This document shows, piece after piece, positions 1-12,099 of a stretch of DNA of 64,000 nt (position 1 is its first letter; every line of letters starts with the position of its first letter). Below the pieces are notes generated by a model, which worked only from the letters and a program-made list of their open reading frames with translations, did no database searches and had not been told where the DNA came from. The DNA comes from Octopus bimaculoides (lineage: Eukaryota): assembly GCF_001194135.2 (NCBI RefSeq), contig NC_068991.1, positions 40,577,068 through 40,641,067 of the forward strand, written 5' to 3'. Made by a program: the position numbers and the translations under genes.

Positions 1-170
1 ATAAAGATCTAAAATAATAAATCGGAAATAAGTCAAAGGTAAATATAAATAAATGAATAGATTAGGGACATACATTTACTAAGTTTAGGTATAGTAAAAT
101 TACAGTACACAGGAATATTTATTTTGAAATTTTGTAAATTACCCTTACAAAGTGGAAAAAATTTGTCATT

Positions 171-542
171 GATGTCTCTGCATTCGAAAATAAATTATCA
201 TCTTATTTGTATTTATATACACATTTCAGTGCTTATAAAAAAAAAACAAATGTTAGTTTGTTTATATTTATATATATGTGGTTGCACATTTAGCTTTAAA
301 AGCATCTAAAATGCAAATTGATTTGTCAGCAGGTAGTTTAGCGTAATGGTAAAGCACTTGGCCAGGGTCTTCAAGAAATATGAGTTCATGTCCCATGGCT
401 GTTTGTTGACAAATTTTTCTGCTTTGTAAAGGCAATTTATCCAATGTTTCTGCTGTTCTAACAGTCTTTCTGCATTTGAAAATAAATTTTCATCTTATTT
501 GTATCTATATACACATTTTGGCACCTATAAAAAAACAAATTT

Positions 543-560
<18 letters not shown>
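171..560. repeat. ~100 bp direct repeat pair (about 175-275 and 465-560) around a degraded tRNA-like SINE head (about 328-395)
   Basis: GTCT.TGCATT.GAAAATAAATT.TCATCTTATTTGTAT.TATATACACATTT present twice. Confidence 0.7.
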
Positions 561-580
<20 letters not shown>

Positions 581-1104
581 NNNNNNNNNNNNNNNNNNNN
601 NNNNNNNNNNNNNNNNNNNNNNNNNNNNNNNNNNNNNNNNNNNNNNNNNNNNNNNNNNNNNNNNNNNNNNNNNNNNNNNNNNNNNNNNNNNNNNNNNNNN
701 NNNNNNNNNNNNNNNNNNNNNNNNNNNNNNNNNNNNNNNNNNNNNNNNNNNNNNNNNNNNNNNNNNNNNNNNNNNNNNNNNNNNNNNNNNNNNNNNNNNN
801 NNNNNNNNNNNNNNNNNNNNNNNNNNNNNNNNNNNNNNNNNNNNNNNNNNNNNNNNNNNNNNNNNNNNNNNNNNNNNNNNNNNNNNNNNNNNNNNNNNNN
901 NNNNNNNNNNNNNNNNNNNNNNNNNNNNNNNNNNNNNNNNNNNNNNNNNNNNNNNNNNNNNNNNNNNNNNNNNNNNNNNNNNNNNNNNNNNNNNNNNNNN
1001 NNNNNNNNNNNNNNNNNNNNNNNNNNNNNNNNNNNNNNNNNNNNNNNNNNNNNNNNNNNNNNNNNNNNNNNNNNNNNNNNNNNNNNNNNNNNNNNNNNNN
1101 NNNN
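581..1104. other. Assembly gap (others: 9189-9223, 21444-21755, 37196-37434, 50253-51200, 56235-56264, 62387-62396)
   Basis: N runs, most abutting (TA)n. Confidence 1.
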
Positions 1105-1171
1105 GTAAATAGCAGCAGATCTGAAAAAATAGTGTTATGGGTACAGAGAAATATTTGGTTATATATATATA

Positions 1172-2190
1172 TTGGGTCATCCCATGAATAATGCGTTTTT
1201 TTTCAATTGCATGAACTTTAAGTCAGAGGGGGATGGGATAAACTACCTGCATCAACTTGCTATAAAAGCAGGTAGTAATTTTACCTTGTATTTATTCTTA
1301 GTGCAAGTTTTGAAGAGTGCAGTTCGATTTTAACAGTTATTTTTTCAAAACTATAATGGAAGTGAAAAAGGATTATATGCAGCATATTTTGCTTTATGAG
1401 TTCAATAAAGGCAACAATGCAATGGAAAGTGCAAAGAATATTAATGCAGTATATTGGGATTTGACAATAAGTGTGAGCCAGTAACAATGGTGGCACCAGA
1501 ATTCTGAGCCAGAAACTACAGCCTAGAAGATGAGCCTCATCTTAGAAGATCTGTACAGCTTGACAAGGATGTCTTTCAAATCCTGGTGGAACAAAATCCC
1601 ATTGTAACTGTTGAGGAACTAGCAGAGAAGCTTGGATTTGGTCATTCAACCATTCATCGACACTGCATGCTGTCAGAGAAGTCAGCAAATCGGGTCAATG
1701 GGTTCCTCACAAACTTTCTGAGTTTAATCACGTGCAGAGAATGAATGTGTTCTCTTCTTTTTTATCACATCTCACGAATGAACCTTTTTTTGGACCAAAC
1801 AGTGATGAAAAATGGGTTCTCTATAAAAATGTCAAGCGCCGAAGTCAGTGGGTAGGGAAAGGAGAAACACTAGCACCCCAGGCTAATGAAGGTCTTCACC
1901 CACATAAAGTGTTGTTATCTGTTTCGTGGGATATGAAAAATTTAGTCCACTTTGAACTTTTAAACCCAAACCAAACAATAACAAAGGAGATCTACTGTGA
2001 GCAGCTTAAGTGAGTGCTAGAAGAAAAACAACCATCATTCATTTCAAGACGAAAGGTGTTCTTCCATCAGGATAGTGCTCGGCCACATACAGCAAGGATG
2101 ACATTCCAAAGGCTGGAGCAGTTTGAATGGGAAATGATGCACTACCCACCATATTCGCCAGACAATGCTCCATCTGATTATCATTGTAAT
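1172..2190 (+). mobile_element. Mariner (DD34D) copy A, 3'-truncated, decayed
   Basis: TA then TIR TTGGGTCATCCCATGAATAATGC; transposase remnants SDEKW, QDSARPH, YSPDNAPSDY; same family as copies B and C. Confidence 0.9.
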
Positions 2191-2199
2191 TCATTGAAT

Positions 2200-4290
2200 A
2201 AAAGAAATACTTATATGACCAGACATGTGTTAGAGCCCTCTACCTGCAAGGAAACATTCTCACAAACTTTCTTTCCAGGTGCTGAAATCTGTCCCCCACT
2301 TTCCCACTCACTCCTCCTTTCATAGCCATCATGTTTGAGCAGCCACCATCAATGTGGACACAATGACAGTTCCAGTGAGATTGTTGAAATGTTAAAGAGG
2401 AGGAAAGTAGGTGTGTACTGTATGGAAGGTGTTAGATGAAGTGGAGCCTCAACCTGACTCCTCACAGGCAAGGAACAAAGGCTGGCAATAGTGAAAGTGT
2501 GGGCTATGTAAACAGTTTTTGCAGAGAAATAGGCAGATAAAGTGATTGAGGTAGAGTGTGTGACAAGGGTAATTAATGCTTAAATATGTCTTGGAAAATG
2601 CAACAGTGACACATTAAGGCTGTGACTGATGCAAACTTACAGCAAAACTGAGGGTGATGTAGTGGTGAACCAGTGAGGCAGACAGAGCCTTAACAGGGAT
2701 AAAACAGACTTGGAAAGAGTCTAAGAATGGGGGTAGCAGAGAATTATAAAAGTTAGCCAGAAGAGAAGCTGGGTAAAAGGGTTTTTTAACAAGAAGAGAA
2801 GCAGAAAGACAGAGGTTTGCTAACGTTCCACAAAGTGAGGATCAGAGACATGTTCCAAATTGCAAGGCAGTGTATCAGAAAGAATTAAAATGTTGTGGGA
2901 GAGAAGTATGTACAGACGGATGGATAATGGTACATTTGCACCTTGTGATTTTAAGAAAAAAGAGGCATGGAAATGCTGCTATGATAGGAGAATAAGTGGA
3001 GAATGTATGGGAGAAAAGTCTTCTTGGTGTAGATCTTACATTGGGACCAGCCAGCCATTCTAAAAGACACCAGTGTAATAGATAAAGCAATTAAGGATAT
3101 GAAGAACAGGAAAAATTCCTGGACCATCAGAAATTACTGCTGAGAAGCTTAAAATATCTGGAAGTGTAGGGTTTGGCTTAGTTACCCAAATGGTCAGTCA
3201 CAATATACCAGAAGGTGTCATCCACAATGGCTGGCATAACAGTATTATAGTCAACTTTTACAGAGGCAAAGATGCCTTAACCCTTTAGCATTAAGGTTAT
3301 TCTGTCTAATATAATGCTTTTATATTCACATTGTTTTGAATTAATCATGCATTATCTTATTGTATTAAGATTTCAATGATGTACTTGCTTATTTTTAGTA
3401 TGACATTGTAGGGTAAGTGTGAGAAGCTGAATATGGTCAGTGTATACATAAAACAGGTATAACATTTGGACTGGATATGTTTGGTTTACATGCAAAAGGA
3501 TTAAAGAGAAGTAATTACAGAGGTATTAAATTACTGGATAAGGTCATGAAAATTATGGAATCAGTTTATAGCTCAAGTCATTAGGAAGAGAATTAGATTA
3601 CATAAGACGCAGTTTGGTTTTGTGCCAGAAAGAAGCATTACTGATACTCTTTTCCTGGTGAGGCAACTGCATTGTACTTGGCATTTGATGACTAGGAGAA
3701 AGTTTTCAGCAGAGTCCCTTGCACTATGATCTGATGGTCACTGTGGAAGCTAAGCATAAGCAGAAATGAGAGTTAGCAATGATAATAGTGATTAATGCAG
3801 TATGCAGTAGAAATTCAGCAGGAATCAGTCCTTAGTCCCTTTCTATTCATCATAACAGAGGAACCTAAAATCAGATCCCCATGGGAACTGCTGTATGTTG
3901 ATGACCTCATTTTCATGGCTGAATCCATAATAGGATTAGAAATAAAATTTCAGGTGTAGAAGCAAAACATAGAATCAAAGAGCCACAAAGTTAACTTAGT
4001 AAGGACCAAAATTTTAATAAGTAGGAAAACAGACAGGACTCTTCCATCATGGAAATGATCTTGCTCAATGTGTAAAAAAAGATGTAGGTAGATATTTCAT
4101 ACAGTGTACCCAGTGCAAACTACAAACACACAAGAGCTGCAGTAATATCAGAGGCATTAGCAGAGAAAGACTTTGTATGTGGCAGATGCATAGGAGCAAT
4201 AAACATTAAGAGCAAATGAGAAATATAATTTCTCAAATGCCCAGGTTTCCTAGAAATATTAAATAACTTTTTGTTATCTAGGTGGCCTAA
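2200..4290 (+). mobile_element. RTE-clade LINE remnant (APE + RT), internally deleted
   Basis: APE start homologous to 13600-13800; NYRGIKLLD; PWELLYVDDL with YVDD at 3894-3905; many stops. Confidence 0.85.
3281..3500. mobile_element. piggyBac-type MITE inserted in the RTE LINE
   Basis: TTAA|CCCTTTAGCAT...ATGCAAAAGGA|TTAA; removing it rejoins adjacent LINE RT sequence (..DAL / ..SNYRGIKLLD). Confidence 0.85.
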
Positions 4291-4394
4291 TTAGCAAGTC
4301 TTTATTTGGTCAGCTTTTTTGTGGCTACAATCTTTTTATCTTTTACATAATTCAGTCATTGGACTGTGGCCTTGTGATATTAAGGAATTCTTTT

Positions 4395-4770
4395 TGTTCC
4401 TACTGCTTTCATAGATTCCCATGACTCTCTATTGCCATCCAAATCCATTATTATGAATTTGAATTGGGAGCTTCAGTCATAGTGAATCTTTCATTAGCTG
4501 ATTACACAACCATGGATGCCACCCCTATGGATGTATTGCAGGTTAGTCTATTGATAGAGCTTGGTGATCCTGATCGTTGATCTTCTAGGATTCTTTCATT
4601 CAGCATCAATGTAAGAAGCACCGTTGCTTCAGGTGAGCTCTCCACTACCTCTTCACAAGTCACTATGCTGCAGTCCCATGATTTCACCATATCCCTGGCA
4701 GGGTAGCTGAACAGATGCTATGCCTTGTCAAAGGCCAGCCCTTAACTATGCAGGGCATGGTTATCCACTA
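4395..4770. repeat. Unclassified ~380 bp dispersed repeat, copy 1
   Basis: Aligns by eye along its length with 36100-36475 in the same orientation. Confidence 0.8.
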
Positions 4771-5222
4771 CATGAGGTATTTTCAAAATACTTACATACC
4801 CAAATAATAATATTGCTAATTATCAAAAGATAAGGTAATTAGAAGAGAGAAAATATGACCTTGGCTGATGGCAATACCAATTGCAAAAACAAAAATAACC
4901 AGTCTGAATTAGAGGAACATTTGATGTTGCAAATATAGAGATGTTGATTAAAGAAAAGAATAGAAAATTACCAATCAAGCTTAAAATATGGCTGGCTCTA
5001 ATGTCTGCTGTAACCCAAATTATGAAAATGTTTCACTTAAATCAACTCCAGTACTTTTTTAAAAACCTAGTTTTTATTCTGTAGGTCGCTTTTTGTCAGA
5101 CCACTAAGTTAGTGGGATGTAAACAAATCAAGAATGGGTGTCAAATGGTGGTGAGGGACAAAAACATGATGATACACACACACATATATAAATAAATACA
5201 TATACATACATATATATATTAG

Positions 5223-5947
5223 GAGAGTATTGTAGTTCGCTTGAAGCATTGTGTATTGTTTGTAAAGAATAAAAAGTTTAGAATGGTATAACAATGCACT
5301 ATAATACAAAAAATGTGGGTAGCACAACAAGACCGTTACACGTCTACATCAAAGAACATCTGAACACGAGAACCTCCTCCTTCAGAAAACATCTAGACAG
5401 ATGCCGGAACACTGATAAAAGCATAACAGTCACAATTGAGGCCAATGAAAGAAATTTGGGTAATTTAAGAATTAAGGAAGCTCTACTCATACACAGACTA
5501 AGACCCCAAATTAACAACAGGCTAGAAGTTGGTAATCAATATATTATTTAGCTACATCTGGATGTCTGTAGGTTCATTCTTAATAACATGCTCATGTATT
5601 GTTTATAACAAAAAAAAGAGCAAAAAAAGAGAAACTGCACATATAACACACAACTTAGAAGCAGCGCCACAGATGTACCAACACACACGAGATTGAGACA
5701 TAGCCAACCTCACGCACTTCTCATGAGAAATTCCAGAAGAAGCTTTGTGAGACCACTACTGAGACACTTCCGAAAAAAAGAAAACCGTTGGAAAACAGTT
5801 TATAGCAGAGACTCCATCTAAGAATATCTGAAGAAGGAATTATAATTCCGAAATATCATCGGACTATAGATAACCAAATTACAACAGGTATATAGTCCAT
5901 TTTTTGTATTATAGTGCATTGTTATACCATTCTAAACTTTTTATTCT
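5223..5947 (+). mobile_element. Penelope-like element 3' fragment (GIY-YIG endonuclease + terminal repeat) with inverted terminus
   Basis: VGSTTRPLH..IKEHL...IKEALLIHRLRPQIN at 5314-5530; perfect 50 bp inverted repeat 5266-5315 / 5898-5947; inserted in (TA)n. Confidence 0.85.
5821..5875 (+). ncRNA. Hammerhead-ribozyme-like core in the PLE terminal repeat (probably degenerate)
   Basis: CTGAAGA (5828-5834), extra A, perfect stem II GGAATTATAATTCC (5836-5849), GAAA (5850-5853), then TATC; stem I pairs poorly. Confidence 0.5.
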
Positions 5948-6124
5948 ATATATATATATATATTCTTTTATTCTTCTACTTGTTTCAACCATGTGGCTGC
6001 GGTCATGCTAGAACACCACCATGGTTTTGCACCATTACATATGATTATCCTTCGATTGATTTCCTCATCACCACTTCTGTATGTGCCTTTGTCCCAGCAG
6101 TTGACCCATTTGGTGTATGAGGGA

Positions 6125-6705
6125 GTTTGACTCCGCTGCCCTCATCTGTATCTCATGCTGAGCCATTGGTTCATCCAGCATTGTGGAGAGAAAGATGTCT
6201 AGTTCCTTTTTGAAGACATCTATGTCCACATTATGTAGATTTCTTAATTTTTGTGACAGGGCATTGAAGAGCTGTGGGCCTTCGAACCCTAGGCTATTGC
6301 AGTACCTGGTCCTAAATTTAGATGGAGGGGATAATATCTTTCATACAATACAACAGCATCCAGTTCAGGCATTTGTATAACACTCAATGCTGAACTTAGG
6401 TACTTGGCCTTCTCGAGTTTTCTATATGTAGATTATTACAAACCTGTTGTGCCTTTGCTCCATGGAGTAGAGTCATAGTTTTTTCAGCCTCTCCCTGTAA
6501 CTCATCTGCTGCACTTTACAATCTTTTTTAGTGTAGTGATGTTGGACTGCTTCAAGTTCTATGTGGTGACCATAGCTGAGAGCAGTAGTTCAGGTGGCTG
6601 AGAAGAAAGGTCCTCTACCGGATCAACATAACTTCTTGGTTTCTTGTCTTGAAGGCCCTTAATATCCATCCTGCCAGTTGTCCACACTTTGCTGCTATCT
6701 TGGTA
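6125..6705 (-). mobile_element. CR1/L2-type LINE 3' fragment
   Basis: Minus-strand [16 protein letters not shown], then the conserved post-RT C-terminal pattern; decayed. Confidence 0.75.
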
Positions 6706-6715
6706 ATGCGCATAT

Positions 6716-6839
6716 GTATATATATATACATACATATATATATATACATATATGTATATACATACATACATATATACACATATATATGCATATACATAAT
6801 AAAAATATATTTATACTCATATATTGAGTGTACACACAT

Positions 6840-6910
<71 letters not shown>
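6716..6910. repeat. Compound (TA)n/(CA)n microsatellite
   Basis: Direct reading. Confidence 0.95.
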
Positions 6911-6914
<4 letters not shown>

Positions 6915-7344
6915 GAGGTACCATGGCCAATGAGATGTATCCAAGGCACGGTTATTGCTAGTTGCTAGTTGATGACATACATATACATAGATATACTAGA
7001 ATATTTTGTAGACAAACTTTGGAAGCACCAAATGTGTTGGTATTTTATAAACAAGAAAGTAAATTTCAAAAGCGGTATGGCTGCAATAACGGCAGAGAAA
7101 GTTTGGGTATTTAACTCCAGAAGACAGAAAAAAAAATTGCCAGCAGGAAAGTATGGGAATTTACACCCTGTACCCCTCAGAAACTGGCTGAGTGCTCTAG
7201 CCATTAAGACAAGTGACCCCTAACAACAATTACTGTCAATATTAATGTTAAAGACACATACATACACACACACATATATACACACATATGTATACATACA
7301 CCTATATATACATACATAGACACATGCGCACACACACACATAAA

Positions 7345-7505
7345 CGATGAGCTTCTTTCAGTTTCTGTCTATCAGTTACACTCAAAGGGCTTTGGTTAGC
7401 CCAGGGCTATATAGTAGAAGACACTTGCCCAAGGTGCCACACAGTAGGACTGAACCTGGAACCATGTAGTTGGGAAGCAAACTTCTTACCACATAGCCAT
7501 GCCTG
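7345..7505 (-). mobile_element. tRNA-derived SINE (5' half)
   Basis: Reverse complement has A/B-box-like head GGCTATGTGGTAAG..GGTTCAGTCC; same family as 29950 and 52902. Confidence 0.8.
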
Positions 7506-7889
7506 GATGTATTTCTTTCAGAGAGTTTGCAATGTTGGTAAGTATATACCTCCTGTCCCTATCCTGGAGGTGGGCAACATCATTGTCGTCAGTGAACATG
7601 TTGGCTGATGTACATACGACTTCTCAGTTGCTTTGATTTTATAACATCTACATATTTTTCAGTAAATGTATGCCTCTGCCCTGTTATGCCTGTGATTGTA
7701 TTTGGTCTTTGCTAGCTCCCATCATCTGGAGACAATGTGATTGATGTTTCTCCATATTTTCCATAGATTTTGCATTGTGGATCTCTTCCATCCATGAAGA
7801 TGAGGATAATAGAATCTGATTGCAAGACTTTGATCTTATGCACAGATTAGGTCCACGTCTGCACCCTACATCTGCTTTGGGTAGTTCCT

Positions 7890-8720
7890 GTGCATTACCT
7901 TGTCACTGATCGTTTTCTGTAGTTGAAGCTGTCGCCTCGTATTCCAATAAGCAAATGCCATCACAAAATAGGCGCCAACCTATTTAGATGGACATGGTCA
8001 ATATGCAAATACAAGGCCCCGGATGTGAAATAAGTAAAACGAAAACGAGGCTTTTAACCGGCAAATTCAGTTTACGAAATGCTTTCGTCGCCCATGTTTA
8101 GCTTTAACGGAAGGAATTCGATATGTATCTATTGAGATACACATATATATATCTACGTACATATTGATAAATATGTATTTATTTACTTCATGTACACGGC
8201 TTATTCCTTTTCAAAGCTTCCCTGGCTGTTTTATTTCTTTTATGTTCACGTATATAGTTATATATATATATATATATATTAATAAAAGATATAAATAGTC
8301 ACAGAAGTATGAGGTGTACCTGAATTGTAAAATTCTCTTTCTCTCGCTTTGTCGCCCACATATATATATATATATATATATATATACCCTTTCGTTAAAA
8401 AAAAAAGACTTGTGCGATACTAAAGCGAATTTGCCTGTGAAAATCTCTCATTTCGTAGTAATATTTCGTATTCTTATCAACAAACGTTGATAAAATAAGT
8501 AGCAGTCAAATTCTGTGATCAATTTAATCGATTAATCTCACTTCAAAAATTGAGACTTTGTGCCTATGTTAAAAATCAGGTAATTGTACTGTTTACATAT
8601 AGAAAATAACATGTTCGACTTTAAATTTGGATTGGTCTTAAAAACTTATAATTTTGCAAACATTTTTCATCTTTTTTCTTGCTTATGATACTCATTAACA
8701 CCTGGATTTTCACGAAAAAA
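7890..8720. promoter_or_regulatory. CpG-retaining putative promoter / first-exon region, possibly bidirectional
   Basis: Visibly many CG dinucleotides against CpG-depleted surroundings. A + strand donor CAG|gtaatt lies at 8579/8580 (candidate 5' UTR exon) and a - strand donor AAG|gtaatg at 7899/7898. Also an octamer ATGCAAAT and an ETS-like CCGGATGT. Confidence 0.5.
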
Positions 8721-8764
8721 GGTAAAAGTGCGCCCTAACATGAACACAAAGCACCTTATATATG

Positions 8765-8990
8765 TGTGTGTCGTTCTGTCTGTGTCCCCCACCACCGCTT
8801 GATACCTGGTGTTAGCGTGTTTACGTCCCCATAACTTAACAGTTCCACAAAAGAGTCTGATAGAATAAGTACCAGGCGTAAAAAAAAAAGTATTGGGGCC
8901 AATTCATTTGACTAAAATTCTTCAAGGTGGTGCCCCCAGCATGGCCACAGTCTAATAACTAAAACAAATAAAAGGTAAAGAGATTAAATA
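8765..8990 (+). mobile_element. SINE 3' half
   Basis: Homologous to 30130-30345. Confidence 0.75.
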
Positions 8991-9233
8991 TATAGTGTAG
9001 GAATTGTGTCTGCAAATAGATGCACGACTGCTACTGTTATATTGTTTGAGGTCCACTAGATTTTCATAATCCAGTCTGCCTTCTATACAGAGTAGTAGGG
9101 CTCCAAAGATCATAATGGTGAAATGCATGTAGGAACTATTATATAAACATGTGTTTATCCTTATTTCTCATATATATATATATATATANNNNNNNNNNNN
9201 NNNNNNNNNNNNNNNNNNNNNNNTATATATACA

Positions 9234-10479
9234 TCAGGTTGTCCAGAAAGTTCTGAGCTATTTCAGGATTTGTGTCTAAGCCCTTCATGCAACAATCTTA
9301 ATCTTAGTATGACTCATATTTCAGAATTATTTGCAGTATCACCTAAGTCCCACGTTAAAAATCAGCATATATTTTACTCCTTTCAGCCCTAATTACCATT
9401 TAAAATGGATAACAAAAAGTTGCATATTCGCCACATAATGCTTTTCTTCAAAAAATGTTGTGAAAATGTATAAAATTATTTGTGGAGTTTATGGTGAAGA
9501 TGCTGTAAATGAATCAACTATTTGAAGATGGTTTGCAAAATTTAAACACTAGTTCAGCTTGGAAAATGACAATCACTGTGGCAGACCCTCAGCCTTAGAT
9601 GACGATATTTTGAAGGTAACCATTGCAAAAAACTTGAATATTACAACTAGAGAACTTGCAGAGAAGTTGGAAATTTCCAAAAGTTCCATTCATGAATACT
9701 TAATGAAAATTGGGTATGTTTCTTGCTATAATGTTTGGGTACCTCACAAACTGTCAGAACAAAACTGCATGGACCAGTATTCCATTTGTGATATGCTTCT
9801 GAAACACAATGAAAATAAGCCTTTCCTGAAAGAACTGGTAACTGTACATGAAAAATGGATTGTTTATGATAATATAGTGAGAAAAAGATCTTGAAGATTG
9901 TGTGAGGATCCTTACAAAGAATATTCATTCAAAAAAAGTCATGCTTTGTGCCTGGTAAGATTTCAAAGGCATTATTTACTAAGAGCTATTCCTACAAAAT
10001 GAGATCATCAATTCTTATGTGTACTGCTGTCAGCTAGCAAATTTGAACCAAAAGATCAAGGAGTTGAGGCCAGTGCTCTCCAACAGGAAAGGAGTTGTAT
10101 TCCACTAGGACAATGCCTAACCACATCTGTCTTTGGTTACCCACACAAAGTCACATGAACTTGGGTGGAATCTCTTACCTCATCCACTGTACTCCCCTGA
10201 CATTACGCCAACTAACTATCATTTGTTTTTGTCTCTGCAGAACTCCCCAAAAGGAAAATCATTTAATGATTTAGATGGTGTCAAAACCCACTTAGGTGAC
10301 TTCTTTTCCTTAAAAGTAACTGAGTTTTATGCTGATGGAATATTTAAATTGCCTGCTAGGTGGACTAAGGCCATAGAAAACAATGGGAATTACTTCAATG
10401 AATAAAGATGAGAGTATGTTTAAAATTTCTTATAATTTATTGTGCTTAAAAAACGTTTAGAACTTTCTGGACAGCCTAA
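9234..10479 (+). mobile_element. Full-length decayed mariner (second family)
   Basis: TIRs TCAGGTTGTCCAGAAAGTTCT / AGAACTTTCTGGACAGCCTAA, TA at the right end; WVPHKL, HEKW; 34 residues between catalytic D2 and D3 (D3 mutated to N). Confidence 0.92.
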
Positions 10480-10756
10480 TATAGCAATATCAGAGCCTGA
10501 TATAGACATATAGCAATATTGGAGCAATATCAAGAATAACCAGCCAAAGATAATCTGGATCTCGACTGAAGAGAGAAAACTCCGAATGACATGTCCGTGT
10601 TTTCTTTGTATCGTCTATCTGTATGTTTTGTCCTTTTTTTGTATCACCTAACTGTCTGGATGTTTTGCGTTCTTGTCCCATTCTGTATTATTTATATATA
10701 TATATATATGCACACGCATAGATGTGTTCAAACATGAGCGACAACATTTCATTTAA

Positions 10757-10970
10757 CCCTTTAGCATTCAGATTATTTTGTCAAATGTAATGCTTCTTTA
10801 TTCACAGTTTTAAATTCATCCTTGCATCAGCTCATAATTTCAAGATTTCAATGATGTGTTTATATATTTTTTGAATGGCATTGTAGGGGAGTTGTGAGAG
10901 GTCTAGCCAGTTTGGACATAAAACAAATAGAATATTTGGGCCAGATAGGGTCACTTTGAATGCTAAAGGG
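10757..10970. mobile_element. piggyBac-type MITE
   Basis: TTAA|CCCTTTAGCATTCA...TGAATGCTAAAGGG|TTAA; same family as 3281-3500. Confidence 0.9.
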
Positions 10971-11058
10971 TTAAACATTATTGGTCTCTTAAAAAAAAAG
11001 AAAGAAAATTTGCGAAAATAAGGTAAAAAGGTGTTTCAGCGAAACATGATGTTAGGTA

Positions 11059-11772
11059 GTCCATCAGTGTCCAATGACAACAAAGTCTGTTCTCAGTGAT
11101 GAGAGTGCATTGTGATTCCAAAGTCCAAAGCTGGAAGCACACAGGCACCCACAGGTGTCATAGCAATAGTCTGTTGACTGGGTTTAGGTAGATGCTACCC
11201 TGTGACATCTTTCTCTTGCAGCATTGAGACGCGGTCGCCAGTCTTCTTCATAGGCAGCTGCTGCTCATGAGGTAAGAGACCTCCACACTGATTTGTCCAG
11301 AATCCACAAGGCCAGCCAGGCACTTCGAAGAATGAAAAGGAAAGTCCTCCAGCAGAAAGGAATCAGACTACCGACAAAACTGTAGTTGTTTCTGCACTAC
11401 ACTATGGATATTAAACATGTACCCCATACTGTCAGCACATCAAACAGCTGGAACAGTTTCACATACGGGCACTGTGCAGGACCATGGGCATTCGCTGGTA
11501 GGACAGTGTGACAAACCAAGAAGTGCTGGACAGAGCTTGTTCAACAAGCTTTAAGCCAGTGTTGCTGAAGGCTCAATTACGCTGGACTGGCCATGTCATC
11601 AGAATGACTACCAACCATGTACTCAGACAGCCGTTGTACAGCAAGCTCACACAGGGTTCACACATACAAGGAAGACTTAAACTGAGGTACAAAGACACTC
11701 TGACAAGAAACCTCAAATAGAGCAGAATTAGCCCATGTGAACTTGAAGCCTCTGCAGCAGACAGAAAATATT
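11059..11772 (-). mobile_element. RTE-clade LINE 3' end with 5' inversion
   Basis: 11290-11765 on + encodes LRWTGHVIRM..RYKDTL..ASAADR; 11059-11265 on - encodes the following C-terminus AAAAYEEDWRPRL..CGCLCASSFGL; flanked by TTAGGTA twice. Confidence 0.75.
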
Positions 11773-12099
11773 TTAGGTAAATTAGAAAATAGAAATATTT
11801 TTTTTAAATATGTGGAAATAAGCTTAAGACAGTTTACAACTGTCTAATAATTGTCTTGTGTTCTCTGTCTTAAGATACTCTATCTTTTGAGAAACTTGCA
11901 AAGTCAAAGTGAAAGTATTTTTTTTTAATCTAATGTACTTATTGACAAACTTGTGTAGTTGTTGCTTATTTACTGGTAATTCATTAATTCTATTCAAATT
12001 GATATTAGTTTGGGGACCAGCGGGGAGAATGTTTTGTGAGACCTATTATTGTATGTCACATTTTTGGATTACGAATGTCTTTGAGAAAAATTTTCTAAG

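Noticed and set aside
328-395. tRNA gene (also 44375-44455 on -)
   Set aside because: Only degraded A/B boxes with no complete cloverleaf; these are SINE heads.
476-1191. 200+ aa ORFs at 476-1191 (also 21343-21811, 37109-37526)
   Set aside because: Artefacts of translating N gaps and (TA)n tracts.
6559-6949. Multiple YI/CV-repeat ORFs (also 52484-52856)
   Set aside because: Translations of microsatellites.
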